A stretch of 64,000 bases of DNA from an uncultured Clostridia bacterium (GTDB taxonomy: Bacteria; Bacillota; Clostridia; Christensenellales; UBA1242): assembly GCA_944377365.1 (NCBI GenBank), contig CALWEQ010000003.1, positions 70,569 to 134,568 of the forward strand. The letters run 5' to 3'. Under the pieces are notes generated by a model. That model did not search any database. It saw only the letters and a list, made by a program, of their open reading frames with translations, and was not told the DNA's origin. Positions within the stretch are counted from its first letter, which is position 1. Each line of letters begins with the position of its first letter. Positions 20,618-29,508 of this stretch are shown piece by piece. Both the position numbers and the translations under genes were made by a program.

Positions 20618-21226
20618 ATGTTTATGCAAAAACTATTTTCGATTTATTTTCTGTTAACTCTAATCATATGCGGAATATTCTGCTCTGTTTTTCCATACCC
20701 AGCATTTCAAAGTCAAGCAAACATAAATGACAAAGACATGTTTAATATTAACAACTACTATGAAGATGAAGAAGAAATCATCAATCCTGAGCCTAAAATA
20801 ACTGTTTCCAACTTAAATTGGTTCGACACAGTAAATGCCACATTCCCGACTTATAAAAAAACTAGGGTAATAGACATAAAAAGCGGAAAAACATATTATG
20901 TTTATCGCAATGGTGGGCACAATCATGCAGACGTTGAACCAATAGACAGAGAAAACACAGAAATTTTTCACAGCATTTACAATTATGAATGGAGCTGGGC
21001 AAGGCGTCCTGTTTGGGTGGAAATAACTGAAAACAATTTTGTTGCTGGAAGCATAAATGGCTATCCTCATGGACAACGTTATATAGAAAACACAGGCATG
21101 AATGGGCACACTTGCATACATTTTTTACTAAGTAAAACTCATGGCACAAAACGTGTGGATGAGGCTCATCAAGAGGCTGTAGAATATGCCTTCGCCCATC
21201 GAGACGAGATTTACAAATATTTATAA
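20618..21226 (+). CDS. Secreted hypothetical protein with a His/Cys motif
   Basis: Signal-peptide-like N-terminus. YPHG-x11-NGHTCIHF is faintly reminiscent of the YkuD L,D-transpeptidase HG...GC motif; this is speculative. Confidence 0.4.
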   Translation: MFMQKLFSIYFLLTLIICGIFCSVFPYPAFQSQANINDKDMFNINNYYEDEEEIINPEPKITVSNLNWFDTVNATFPTYKKTRVIDIKSGKTYYVYRNGGHNHADVEPIDRENTEIFHSIYNYEWSWARRPVWVEITENNFVAGSINGYPHGQRYIENTGMNGHTCIHFLLSKTHGTKRVDEAHQEAVEYAFAHRDEIYKYL

Positions 21227-21239
21227 AAAAGTTTGCAAA

Positions 21240-21698
21240 TTATTTATGATAATTAGTTCCAGTCAAAATATTAAAAGCTCTGTAAATCTGCTCTATCGCA
21301 ACGATACGTGCTAGATTATGAGGCAGAGTTATTTTACCAAATGACAACATTTCGTTTGAATGAGCTTTGACGCTTTCACTTACACCATAACTTCCGCCTA
21401 TAATGAACGAAATTACACTCGTAGTTTGAGAAGTCTTTTCAATAAGATCTGCTAAATTTTGACTTGTGAAAAGTTTTGCATTAACATCAAACAATATGCT
21501 TTTGCCCTCCATTTTTTCCAAAATAAGCTCGCCTTCCTTTTGCAATGTTTGGGCAATTGATGAAGTTTGATTTTTTTCTGGCAATTCAACGATTTCAAAT
21601 TTACAAAATTTTTGTAGTCTTTTTATGTATTCATTTTGAGCATTTGCCCAAAATTCTTCTTTTAACTTTCCAACACAAATAAGCTTTATTTTAATCAT
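21240..21698 (-). CDS. rlmH: 23S rRNA (pseudouridine1915-N3)-methyltransferase RlmH
   Basis: MIKIKLICVGKLKEEFW...IGGSYGVSE..LSFGKITLPHNLARIVAIEQIYRA is the SPOUT RlmH pattern. Start set at the ATG at 21698, which forms an ATGA overlap with the upstream gene. Confidence 0.85.
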   Translation of the reverse strand: MIKIKLICVGKLKEEFWANAQNEYIKRLQKFCKFEIVELPEKNQTSSIAQTLQKEGELILEKMEGKSILFDVNAKLFTSQNLADLIEKTSQTTSVISFIIGGSYGVSESVKAHSNEMLSFGKITLPHNLARIVAIEQIYRAFNILTGTNYHK

Positions 21699-22795
21699 AA
21701 AACACCCCATACAAAAGTAAAAATTGTTATGACACTCATGAGCACAAAAGTGACCCACAAAAGAAAACAACTCGATTTTTTTGGAATGAATTTCTCTTGA
21801 ACAGAGGGCTGTAAAGCAAACAACTGTTTGATTATTTCCAACCTTGGATCAGGTAAGGTTGAATTTGTTTCACCGTTTTTTATACTTTGCAAATCCAAGA
21901 AAAAAGCTTGCTTTGTCAAATTTTTTTGAACCTCCTGGGCAGCTTGCTCAAGATTGTTTTTAAGTTGTGCGCGAAAAATCTTGTGACAAAGCATATATAA
22001 CAAATAACTTAACACAACCATCACCATTAAGCAAAGCAAAGCGCCTAAGAAAAAGTTTGATGAAACAAGAGTAAAAAATCCTTCATACAAATTTCCAATA
22101 GGCAAATTGTTTACCCTAGAGAAAGTAACATAAACACTCAAAGCATTGTTCATAAAATGAACTATCATCGCAGGGAAAATGGATCCCGTCATCACTGTTA
22201 AAAAACCTAAAAATATTCCTATTACTGTTGCATAAAAAAACTGTTCAATGTTCATATGCAAAAGACCAAAAAGAAAACCTGACAGCAAAATTGCCTTCCA
22301 CATTCCAAGAGGCTTCAAGGATTTTAACAACATCCCTCTGTGGACTAGTTCTTCGCAAATTCCTGGCAACAACGCAGAAAAAACCAAATTTACAAACAGC
22401 GAGTCAAAGCCATAACTTGTTGGTAACGGAGTTAACGTGTGCTCATAACCAAAAAAATCAATCAAAGAATTAAAGGTTGAAGACACAAAGACATTTAGTA
22501 TAAAAACTACTACGCCTAGCCCAACAGTCAACCAAACAACGTTTTTTGATATTTTTTTACAACCAAAATAATTTAACGTGTTTACAACTTTGTCCTTTTT
22601 AAATCTTGAAAACAAGAATAGGCTACCTCCAAGCAACAACACTACTTGAACAGCCAAACTAAACACCAACCCTGAATAATCACCAAGCGCATCTAAAAAA
22701 CCAAATGCAGAAAGCATTCTTAATGCCACGAACAACACAACTATAATAAAATATGTCAATATTGCAAAATTAAAATTTCTTGATTTTTCTCTCAT
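21695..22795 (-). CDS. CPBP-family intramembrane glutamic endopeptidase (CAAX protease-like)
   Basis: CEELVHRG, FLFGLLH and HFMNN motifs in a polytopic membrane protein. Confidence 0.8.
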   Translation of the reverse strand: MREKSRNFNFAILTYFIIVVLFVALRMLSAFGFLDALGDYSGLVFSLAVQVVLLLGGSLFLFSRFKKDKVVNTLNYFGCKKISKNVVWLTVGLGVVVFILNVFVSSTFNSLIDFFGYEHTLTPLPTSYGFDSLFVNLVFSALLPGICEELVHRGMLLKSLKPLGMWKAILLSGFLFGLLHMNIEQFFYATVIGIFLGFLTVMTGSIFPAMIVHFMNNALSVYVTFSRVNNLPIGNLYEGFFTLVSSNFFLGALLCLMVMVVLSYLLYMLCHKIFRAQLKNNLEQAAQEVQKNLTKQAFFLDLQSIKNGETNSTLPDPRLEIIKQLFALQPSVQEKFIPKKSSCFLLWVTFVLMSVITIFTFVWGVL

Positions 22796-22825
22796 TGTAA
22801 TTATTATATTCCCTTCTGCAAAAAA

Positions 22826-23878
22826 TCATGCTGTAAGATTAAAAACTCCAAAACCACTAAGAGTGTTTATTAAAAATAAGGCTACAGCTACGCCAATACC
22901 AAACCATAAAATAAGTGGGTACGGCTGGTTTCTAATAGCTAATTTTTCATTTTCACTAATTTTTTCATCCTGATTTACAATCAAATCTCTGTTTTTATGC
23001 TTAAAATAAAATTTTTCTATTAAATAAATCAAAACACAAGCAATTAAAACTAAAACAACACTTAAAACCCACTGCCAAACATTATATGACAATTCTACTG
23101 AAGCGTTTTGTTGACTTAAGTACGCAAAAATCAACACCATAGCATTATTTAAAAAATGTACTATAATTCCGCTAAGCAATGACCCTGTTCGAACTACCAT
23201 CCATGCAATCACAACTCCCAACGCAAATTGATAAACAAATTGCTCGATGGAGCCATGCGCGAATGCAAACATTCCTGCAGAAAGTAAAATAGCGTACACA
23301 TCTCCCATTTTGCCTTTTAAACCATTTAATATTATACCGCGGAAAATAAGTTCTTCAAAGACAGCAGGCAACACCGCCATAAGAAATATGGCCAAAATCA
23401 AATATCCTATATTATCTAGTGGAAGTGATATTTCTGTTAGTTCGTAACCTCCCTTTTGTAAAAGCAAATTGAACCCACCTATAAAATATTGCAAACCAAA
23501 CAAACAGATTATCGCCACAACAAAACACATGACAAAATCCCACATTTTTATGTTAAAACGCAAATTAACAGCCTTAAAAGACGTCTTGCTTTTTTTGTTG
23601 AATGCAAAAAACAAAATGCTGTAACCAATAGGCGCAAAAAGGCTACTTATTATGGTAAAAGCTAAACCACTTGTCATTTCTTCCATGTTTTGACTTGTTT
23701 GTGAACTCAACAATCCCATTATAATGATTACAACTGCCATAACAGCATATGGCGCTACAATCGCACAAAAATATCCCCAACCTGCGTCGGCGATAGTGTA
23801 ATAATTTTTCTTGACAAAAGGAGCTTTTTCAGTTTCTTTGTTTTTCATAAGAAAAGTATACTCTTTTTTGCTTGACAT
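22826..23878 (-). CDS. CPBP-family intramembrane glutamic endopeptidase (second, tandem copy)
   Basis: FEELIFRG, FAFAHG and HFLNN motifs in a polytopic membrane protein. Confidence 0.8.
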   Translation of the reverse strand: MSSKKEYTFLMKNKETEKAPFVKKNYYTIADAGWGYFCAIVAPYAVMAVVIIIMGLLSSQTSQNMEEMTSGLAFTIISSLFAPIGYSILFFAFNKKSKTSFKAVNLRFNIKMWDFVMCFVVAIICLFGLQYFIGGFNLLLQKGGYELTEISLPLDNIGYLILAIFLMAVLPAVFEELIFRGIILNGLKGKMGDVYAILLSAGMFAFAHGSIEQFVYQFALGVVIAWMVVRTGSLLSGIIVHFLNNAMVLIFAYLSQQNASVELSYNVWQWVLSVVLVLIACVLIYLIEKFYFKHKNRDLIVNQDEKISENEKLAIRNQPYPLILWFGIGVAVALFLINTLSGFGVFNLTA

Positions 23879-23906
23879 TCCAAACGCTTTTTATTAAAAT
23901 CTCGAT

Positions 23907-24362
23907 ATGAATGAGTTTGAAACAGAAGCTTTAAAATTAGCTGTGCGCGCATACAAGCGTGGTGAAATACCCGTCGGCGCGGTTGTCGTGAAAGATGGCA
24001 AGATTATTTCAAGAGGATTTAATAAGCGAGAAAAAAAGCAAATAGCAACAAAACACGCAGAAATTGTTGCTATTGAAAAAGCCTGCAAAAAGCTTAAATC
24101 TTGGAGATTGGACGGTTGCGAAATTTATGTAACGTTAGAGCCTTGCCCAATGTGTGCGGGCGCTATTGCAAATGCAAGAATAAGCACACTGTATTTTGCC
24201 ACGGAAGAAAAAACTTCTTCTGACAATTTGCTTGAAAAAATACTTTCATCAAACAGATTAAATCATCATGTAAACATAAAAAGATGTGATGGAAAAATTG
24301 AAGCTCAAAAACTTTTACAAGACTTTTTTAAGAAAAAAAGAAAAAAAACACAACAAAATTAA
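23907..24362 (+). CDS. tadA: tRNA-specific adenosine deaminase TadA
   Basis: HAEIVAIEKA and the PCPMCAGAI zinc motifs. 151 aa. Confidence 0.9.
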   Translation: MNEFETEALKLAVRAYKRGEIPVGAVVVKDGKIISRGFNKREKKQIATKHAEIVAIEKACKKLKSWRLDGCEIYVTLEPCPMCAGAIANARISTLYFATEEKTSSDNLLEKILSSNRLNHHVNIKRCDGKIEAQKLLQDFFKKKRKKTQQN

Positions 24363-24895
24363 ACTTTGCGATTTATTAGCTCTGACAACATATACCTAAA
24401 TTCTTCGTCGGTTATCTCACCTTCATCTCTTAATTTGCGCAACAACACTATTTGCTCTCTTAGTTTTTCTCCGCTGACAGCGGATTGTTTTTTTGTTTCT
24501 ACATTATTTTTTGCCCTTTTAAAGACAATGCTTTTCTCATCGTTTGATGCTATTGCAAGATAAAGCATTAAGGCATTTAAGTTTAACACTGCCCCACCAA
24601 TAATAGTGAAAACACTTGAGATTATTAACAACCCTTTAAAAGCCTTAGAATTATAAAATAGCAGTGAAATAAACAACAAAACACCACCTAGAAAAGACGA
24701 ACAACCAAAAGCCAAGCAAGCATAACCAATTATCTTGTTTTCTCCTACACCTACAACCATTCCACTGCCTGTCTGTGTGCTTCCAAAATATCCTTTTTTA
24801 AGAAGTTCTACAACGCTGACTATAAAAAGAATTGCCGACAAAATAATCGACAAAAAAGCGCTTGTTTTAAAAAGCCCCTTTCTAGTCAGTGCCAA
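24359..24895 (-). CDS. Membrane protein with C-terminal SHOCT-like domain
   Basis: Four TM helices followed by LRKLRDEGEITDEEFRYMLSELI, a SHOCT-type short C-terminal motif. Confidence 0.55.
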   Translation of the reverse strand: MALTRKGLFKTSAFLSIILSAILFIVSVVELLKKGYFGSTQTGSGMVVGVGENKIIGYACLAFGCSSFLGGVLLFISLLFYNSKAFKGLLIISSVFTIIGGAVLNLNALMLYLAIASNDEKSIVFKRAKNNVETKKQSAVSGEKLREQIVLLRKLRDEGEITDEEFRYMLSELINRKV

Positions 24896-25046
24896 AAAGC
24901 CCTCCTTTTGTAAGTTTTGACAGAAAATTTAAATTTTAAGTAAACTTACATTATTATTGTAACACAAAAGAAAGGATTTTTAAAATAATTGCAAGTTTAC
25001 TTTTAAATCTTTCTAAAATTTAGTATACTTTGAAAAAGGCGTTAAT

Positions 25047-25796
25047 ATGAAAAGAAGAATTGTAATAACAGGTGCATCAAGCGGAATTGGGCTTGCATTA
25101 AAAAATTTGTTTGAAAAAAATGGCGATGAAGTCATTGACTTGTCAAGAACCTCTGGATGTGACATTACTGACAACAACTCACTGAAACTTGAATTTGAAA
25201 AGCTAAAAGACAAAGAGATAGACATTTTGATAAATTGTGCAGGTTTTGGTCTTTCTGGAGCCGTGGAGCTTGCAGATGAAAGTGAAATTCGAAAACTTTT
25301 TGATGTGAATTTTTTTGGGCTCATCAATGTCACAAAACATGCTTTGCCATTAATGAGTAAAACGGGAAAAATAATTAATATTAGTTCAACTTGCGCGCTT
25401 TTCCCCTTGCCATTTAGGGCTTATTATTGTGCAAGCAAGTCTGCAGTAAACATGATCACTGATGGGCTTCGCATGGAATTAAAAAACACAAAAATTCAAG
25501 TGGCTAGTGTTTGCCCAGGTGAAGTAAAAACAAATTTCACCAAAAACAGAGTTAAAATTTTTGCAACAAATGAAAGATACAAAAATTCCATTAAAGTTTC
25601 TACAGAAAACATTGACAAACATGAAGACAAACGAATGCCAGTTGGTGTTGCTGCAAAAAAAATAATTAAATTTGTTGAAAGAAAAAAACTTAAACCTCAA
25701 GTCATAATTGGCAAACAAAAGATCTTGTATGCTTTACAAAAACTCTTGCCGAAATCATGGTTAATTGCTTTAATTGAAAAGTTTTTTGTAAAGTAG
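25047..25796 (+). CDS. Short-chain dehydrogenase/reductase (SDR)
   Basis: ITGASSGIG dinucleotide motif and the YCASK catalytic YxxxK. Confidence 0.85.
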   Translation: MKRRIVITGASSGIGLALKNLFEKNGDEVIDLSRTSGCDITDNNSLKLEFEKLKDKEIDILINCAGFGLSGAVELADESEIRKLFDVNFFGLINVTKHALPLMSKTGKIINISSTCALFPLPFRAYYCASKSAVNMITDGLRMELKNTKIQVASVCPGEVKTNFTKNRVKIFATNERYKNSIKVSTENIDKHEDKRMPVGVAAKKIIKFVERKKLKPQVIIGKQKILYALQKLLPKSWLIALIEKFFVK

Positions 25797-25826
25797 ATTT
25801 TTCTTAAAACCTTGACAAAACAATTA

Positions 25827-25908
25827 GGACTTCGCAAAAGCGCTTTCAAGCGCTTTTTTTTGCGACTTTTAGTCGCAAAAGTCGTTTTTAAAAACGACAG
25901 CGAAGTCC
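25827..25908. other. 82-nt nested inverted-repeat element: 9-bp outer stem enclosing three hairpins, the first doubling as the SDR terminator
   Basis: Outer stem: ggacttcgc (25827-35) pairs with gcgaagtcc (25900-08). Hairpin 1: aaaagcgc/gcgctttt (25836-57) plus a T run. Hairpin 2: gcgac/gtcgc (25862-76). Hairpin 3: gtcgttttt/aaaaacgac (25881-98). Alternative pairings also exist, e.g. tcgcaaaa 25832-39 with ttttgcga 25858-65. Confidence 0.6.
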
Positions 25909-25969
25909 AATTTTACAAAACCAAGCACAAAATGTTGGCAAATTAAATAGAATGATAATGGAGGCAAAA

Positions 25970-26185
25970 ATGAATTACGAAAGATGCTATCGAAGTGGCT
26001 GTTATTATGACATGCCAACTTGTTGCCCAGCTCCTCCCTGCAATTCGCCTATGCCTCCGGCGTGCATGCCAGGCTGCCATGACAGTTTCGGATGTGGCTA
26101 CTTAAATTTGGCAATACCTATTGGGCTGCTGCTTCTTGCAGGCGGGATACTGATTGGGCAAAATTGTGAGAAAAAACGACCCTAA
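25970..26185 (+). CDS. Small Cys/Pro-rich protein with C-terminal TM helix
   Basis: GGAGG sits 6 nt before the ATG at 25970. The sequence is MNYERCYRSGCYYDMPTCCPAPPCNSPMPPACMPGCHDSFGCGY followed by LNLAIPIGLLLLAGGILIG. A terminator hairpin spans the stop codon. Confidence 0.5.
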   Translation: MNYERCYRSGCYYDMPTCCPAPPCNSPMPPACMPGCHDSFGCGYLNLAIPIGLLLLAGGILIGQNCEKKRP

Positions 26186-26200
26186 TTTTAGGGTCGTTTT
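26172..26200. terminator. Bidirectional terminator between the Cys-rich ORF and pepF
   Basis: aaacgaccc (26174-82) pairs with gggtcgttt (26191-99), flanked by A and T runs. Confidence 0.65.
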
Positions 26201-27971
26201 AAACTTTTTCATATTCCTCCAACACCTTTCGCAGATAGTCAAAAACATCATCAAATGTTTTTAGATTGGTCAAATCGCACCCTGCATCTTTTAAAAGTTC
26301 AACAGGTGGTTTAGTACAACCAGAACAAAGAAAGTTTAAATATTTTTTTACCGCGTCTTTTTCACCATTCAATATTCTTCTTACAATGTTTAATGCACTC
26401 ACAAGCCCAGTTGCATATTTGTAAACATAAAAAGCAGAGTAAAAATGAGGTATGCGCATCCATTCATATTTGATTTCGTTAATCAACTTAACTTTTTTTC
26501 CAAAATAAAATTTGTTAAGCTCCAAATACTTGTCGCAAAGGCTGTCCTTCGACAGTGCCACTCCTGCTTCGATTTGATTGTGAACCAACTGCTCAAATTC
26601 AGCAAACATCGTTTGCCTAAATATTGTCGACTTTACGTTCATTAAAAAATTGTCTAATAGCCAAGCTTTTTGTGCGTTTGATTTCAAATTTTTTAAAATA
26701 TGAAAATTTAACAATATTTCATTAACAGTGCTTGCGACCTCAGCAACGAAAATGGTGTAATCTGACTTTTCATAACACTGGCTGTGCTCTGAAAAATAGG
26801 TGTGCACGCTGTGTCCCATTTCATGCGCCAAAGTTTCAACCGAGCGAAAATCCCCAACGAAATTCATAAGCACAATTGGATTTTTCTGGTAAGCACCTGA
26901 TGAATATGCTCCTGAAGCTTTTCCGTCACTCGGAAAAACGTCAATCCATCTTTCTTTAAATGATTTATCCAGAATTTTCGAATAGTCATCGCCCAAAACT
27001 TTGGTCGATTGTTTAAACAGTTCAAATGCCTCTTCATAAGTAAATTTTTTGCCATAAGGTTTGCCAACAGGTGCAAATTGATCAAACAAATGAAATTTTT
27101 CTAATTTTAATTTTTTTCGTTTAACCTCAAAAAATCTATATAAAAGTCCAATGTTTTTTCTTACGCTTGCAATAAGGTTGTTGTAAACTTTTTCGTCAAT
27201 TTCATCGGAATATAATTCACGCGCTAAAGCTGATTTATAGCCTCTGAGTTTAGAAAAATAACAGTTTTGTTTAACCGAAGAAAGATAGTTTTGTGAAATC
27301 ATGTTTGAAAATTTACCAAAAGTTGCATTTATGGTTTTCATGGCATTTTCACGTAAAACCCTGTCGGTAGAACTCGTATATAAGCTCAACTTGGCTTGGT
27401 CGAGTTTATACGATTTACCCTTGCTGTCCTTAACGTCTTCAAATTTTAAATCTGCATCAGAAAATGCGTGAAAATTAGAAGAAAATCCTCCTAAAAACTC
27501 ACCCATGCCAGAAATGATTTGCTCTTCATTTTTTTTCAAGATGTGTTTCTTTTCTCTTGAAATTTCATGAAAATATAGACTATAATTTGAAAAAAGTGGA
27601 TTTTGTTGAAGTCTTTTTAATTTTGATTCATCAAAATTTGATATTTCGGGTGTAACAAAGGCTGTAGCGACGGCAAACTGTGTGCTAACTTTCGTAAAGG
27701 CATCTTTCATCTGTTGCCCCAATTTGTCAGCTAAATTTTCATCTTTTCTTCTGTAAGCATAACAAGCTAAAATTTCAAGTTCTTTGGAGATTTCGCTGTC
27801 AAAATTGAGCATTTCAAGTAATATCTCGTCATTTGACAAATTGTTTTCATATTTTTTAAACTCGTCTTTTTTTTCTTCCAAGTTTTTAAGACGATTAAAA
27901 AATTCATCATCATCTTTGCAGTAGTCACTTAAATCCCATTTATATTTTTCGGCTATTTGACTTCTTTTCAT
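26199..27971 (-). CDS. pepF: Oligoendopeptidase F (peptidase M3B)
   Basis: 590 aa with the HEMGHSVH zinc motif and the overall PepF pattern. Confidence 0.9.
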   Translation of the reverse strand: MKRSQIAEKYKWDLSDYCKDDDEFFNRLKNLEEKKDEFKKYENNLSNDEILLEMLNFDSEISKELEILACYAYRRKDENLADKLGQQMKDAFTKVSTQFAVATAFVTPEISNFDESKLKRLQQNPLFSNYSLYFHEISREKKHILKKNEEQIISGMGEFLGGFSSNFHAFSDADLKFEDVKDSKGKSYKLDQAKLSLYTSSTDRVLRENAMKTINATFGKFSNMISQNYLSSVKQNCYFSKLRGYKSALARELYSDEIDEKVYNNLIASVRKNIGLLYRFFEVKRKKLKLEKFHLFDQFAPVGKPYGKKFTYEEAFELFKQSTKVLGDDYSKILDKSFKERWIDVFPSDGKASGAYSSGAYQKNPIVLMNFVGDFRSVETLAHEMGHSVHTYFSEHSQCYEKSDYTIFVAEVASTVNEILLNFHILKNLKSNAQKAWLLDNFLMNVKSTIFRQTMFAEFEQLVHNQIEAGVALSKDSLCDKYLELNKFYFGKKVKLINEIKYEWMRIPHFYSAFYVYKYATGLVSALNIVRRILNGEKDAVKKYLNFLCSGCTKPPVELLKDAGCDLTNLKTFDDVFDYLRKVLEEYEKV

Positions 27972-27974
27972 TAA

Positions 27975-28658
27975 TCACCTCAAGAAAAATTTTGAAACAT
28001 TAAATTCATTCCAAGGCTTAACACTTACGTCAGGCTCAGCAATAAACTTCATCTTTTGTTTGCTTACTGGGTGAACAAATTCTAATCTACCAGCCCACAA
28101 TGCCAAATTCGCTTTTTGTGCATTTTTATTGTATTTTTGATCTCCAAAAATAGGATATCCAATGTTTGCTAGTTGAACACGAATTTGATGAGATCTGCCT
28201 GTCAATATTTCTACTTCAAGCAAACTTCGTTTGTCATTTTTCTCTAAACATTTGTAAACGAGTTCTGCTCTTTTTGTTCCTTCTTCCAGTCTAGGTGCAA
28301 CAGTAACTATGTTTCTCTTTTCATCTTTTTTTAAAAAATTTTCAAGCCTTTGGCTGTTAAATTTAATTTTACCCTCAACGACACAATAATAAACCTTTTT
28401 AAATTCACCATTTTGAATTTGTTTAGACAGGCGTGATGCCGATTTTGAATTTCTAGCGAACACCATAAGCCCACCTGTAGGACGATCCAACCTGTGGACA
28501 AGGCCAACAAAAACATTCCCCTCTTTGTTGTATTTTTCTTTAATATAGGCTTTAACCAAACTTAAAAGATCTTCGTCCTTTGATGCGTCCTCTTGTGATG
28601 GCATATTATGTGGTTTTATGACTACAATTATTTGATTATCCTCATAAACTACTTGCAT
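27975..28658 (-). CDS. RluA-family pseudouridine synthase
   Basis: HRLDRPTGGLMVFA catalytic Asp block and GRSHQIR. Start set at MQVVYED (28658), preceded by gggagg. Confidence 0.85.
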   Translation of the reverse strand: MQVVYEDNQIIVVIKPHNMPSQEDASKDEDLLSLVKAYIKEKYNKEGNVFVGLVHRLDRPTGGLMVFARNSKSASRLSKQIQNGEFKKVYYCVVEGKIKFNSQRLENFLKKDEKRNIVTVAPRLEEGTKRAELVYKCLEKNDKRSLLEVEILTGRSHQIRVQLANIGYPIFGDQKYNKNAQKANLALWAGRLEFVHPVSKQKMKFIAEPDVSVKPWNEFNVSKFFLR

Positions 28659-29500
28659 TTTTCCTCCCAAATTTTAAATCCAGAATTTCCACACGGCAAA
28701 ACAATGCCTTGATTTGTTTGAAGGCCGATTTCATCTGCTTCGACCCCTTCGGCTCCAAATATTAGAGAAAGAATGTTTTTTATGACGCCCGCTTGCAATC
28801 CCGTTGTGTAAGAATTAATTAAAACAAACAAAGGCTTGTCGCTGAGCAACTTCTTAGTTAAATTGACAAAATCAAACAAACTGTCTTCGATTTTCCAAAG
28901 TTCTCCACTTGGCCCTCGTCCATAACTCGGTGGATCCATGATTATTGCATCATAAGTATTGTTTCGGCGGAGTTCACGCTCAACAAATTTTTTACAATCG
29001 TCCACTATAAATCTTATTGAAGAAACGCCATTTAGCTTCGCATTTTCTTTTGCGCGTTCAACCATACCCTTGCTTGCATCGACATGCGTAACTTTTGCTC
29101 CTTGAACGGCGCACGCTACTGAAGCGGCACCCGTGTAAGCAAAAAGATTTAAAACTTTTACTTCCCTATTCGAATTTTTTATGAGTTGTTGCATTCTTTC
29201 CCAATTAACTGCCTGCTCAGGAAAAATTCCTGTATGTTTAAACCCCATAGGTTTGACAACAAATTTTAAGTTTTTCCATTGCACTGTCCATTGACTTGGA
29301 TAGGATAAAAAATTATGCCAATGCCCTCCGCCAGATTCAGATCGTTCGTATTTTGCATGCAATTTTATTTTCGGCTCATCGACATGCCAAATGACCTGAG
29401 GGTCAGGCCTCATCAAAACGACATCTCCCCATTTTTCAATTTTTTCGCCGTCGCTAGTGGAAATAACTTGAAAATCTTTCCAATCTTTAGCTGTTTTCAT
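28649..29500 (-). CDS. Class I SAM-dependent RNA methyltransferase (RlmI/RlmK-like core)
   Basis: LNLFAYTGAASVACA (SAM motif I) and the IIMDPPSYGRG block. Confidence 0.7.
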   Translation of the reverse strand: MKTAKDWKDFQVISTSDGEKIEKWGDVVLMRPDPQVIWHVDEPKIKLHAKYERSESGGGHWHNFLSYPSQWTVQWKNLKFVVKPMGFKHTGIFPEQAVNWERMQQLIKNSNREVKVLNLFAYTGAASVACAVQGAKVTHVDASKGMVERAKENAKLNGVSSIRFIVDDCKKFVERELRRNNTYDAIIMDPPSYGRGPSGELWKIEDSLFDFVNLTKKLLSDKPLFVLINSYTTGLQAGVIKNILSLIFGAEGVEADEIGLQTNQGIVLPCGNSGFKIWEEKCK

Positions 29501-29508
29501 ATTGCCCC

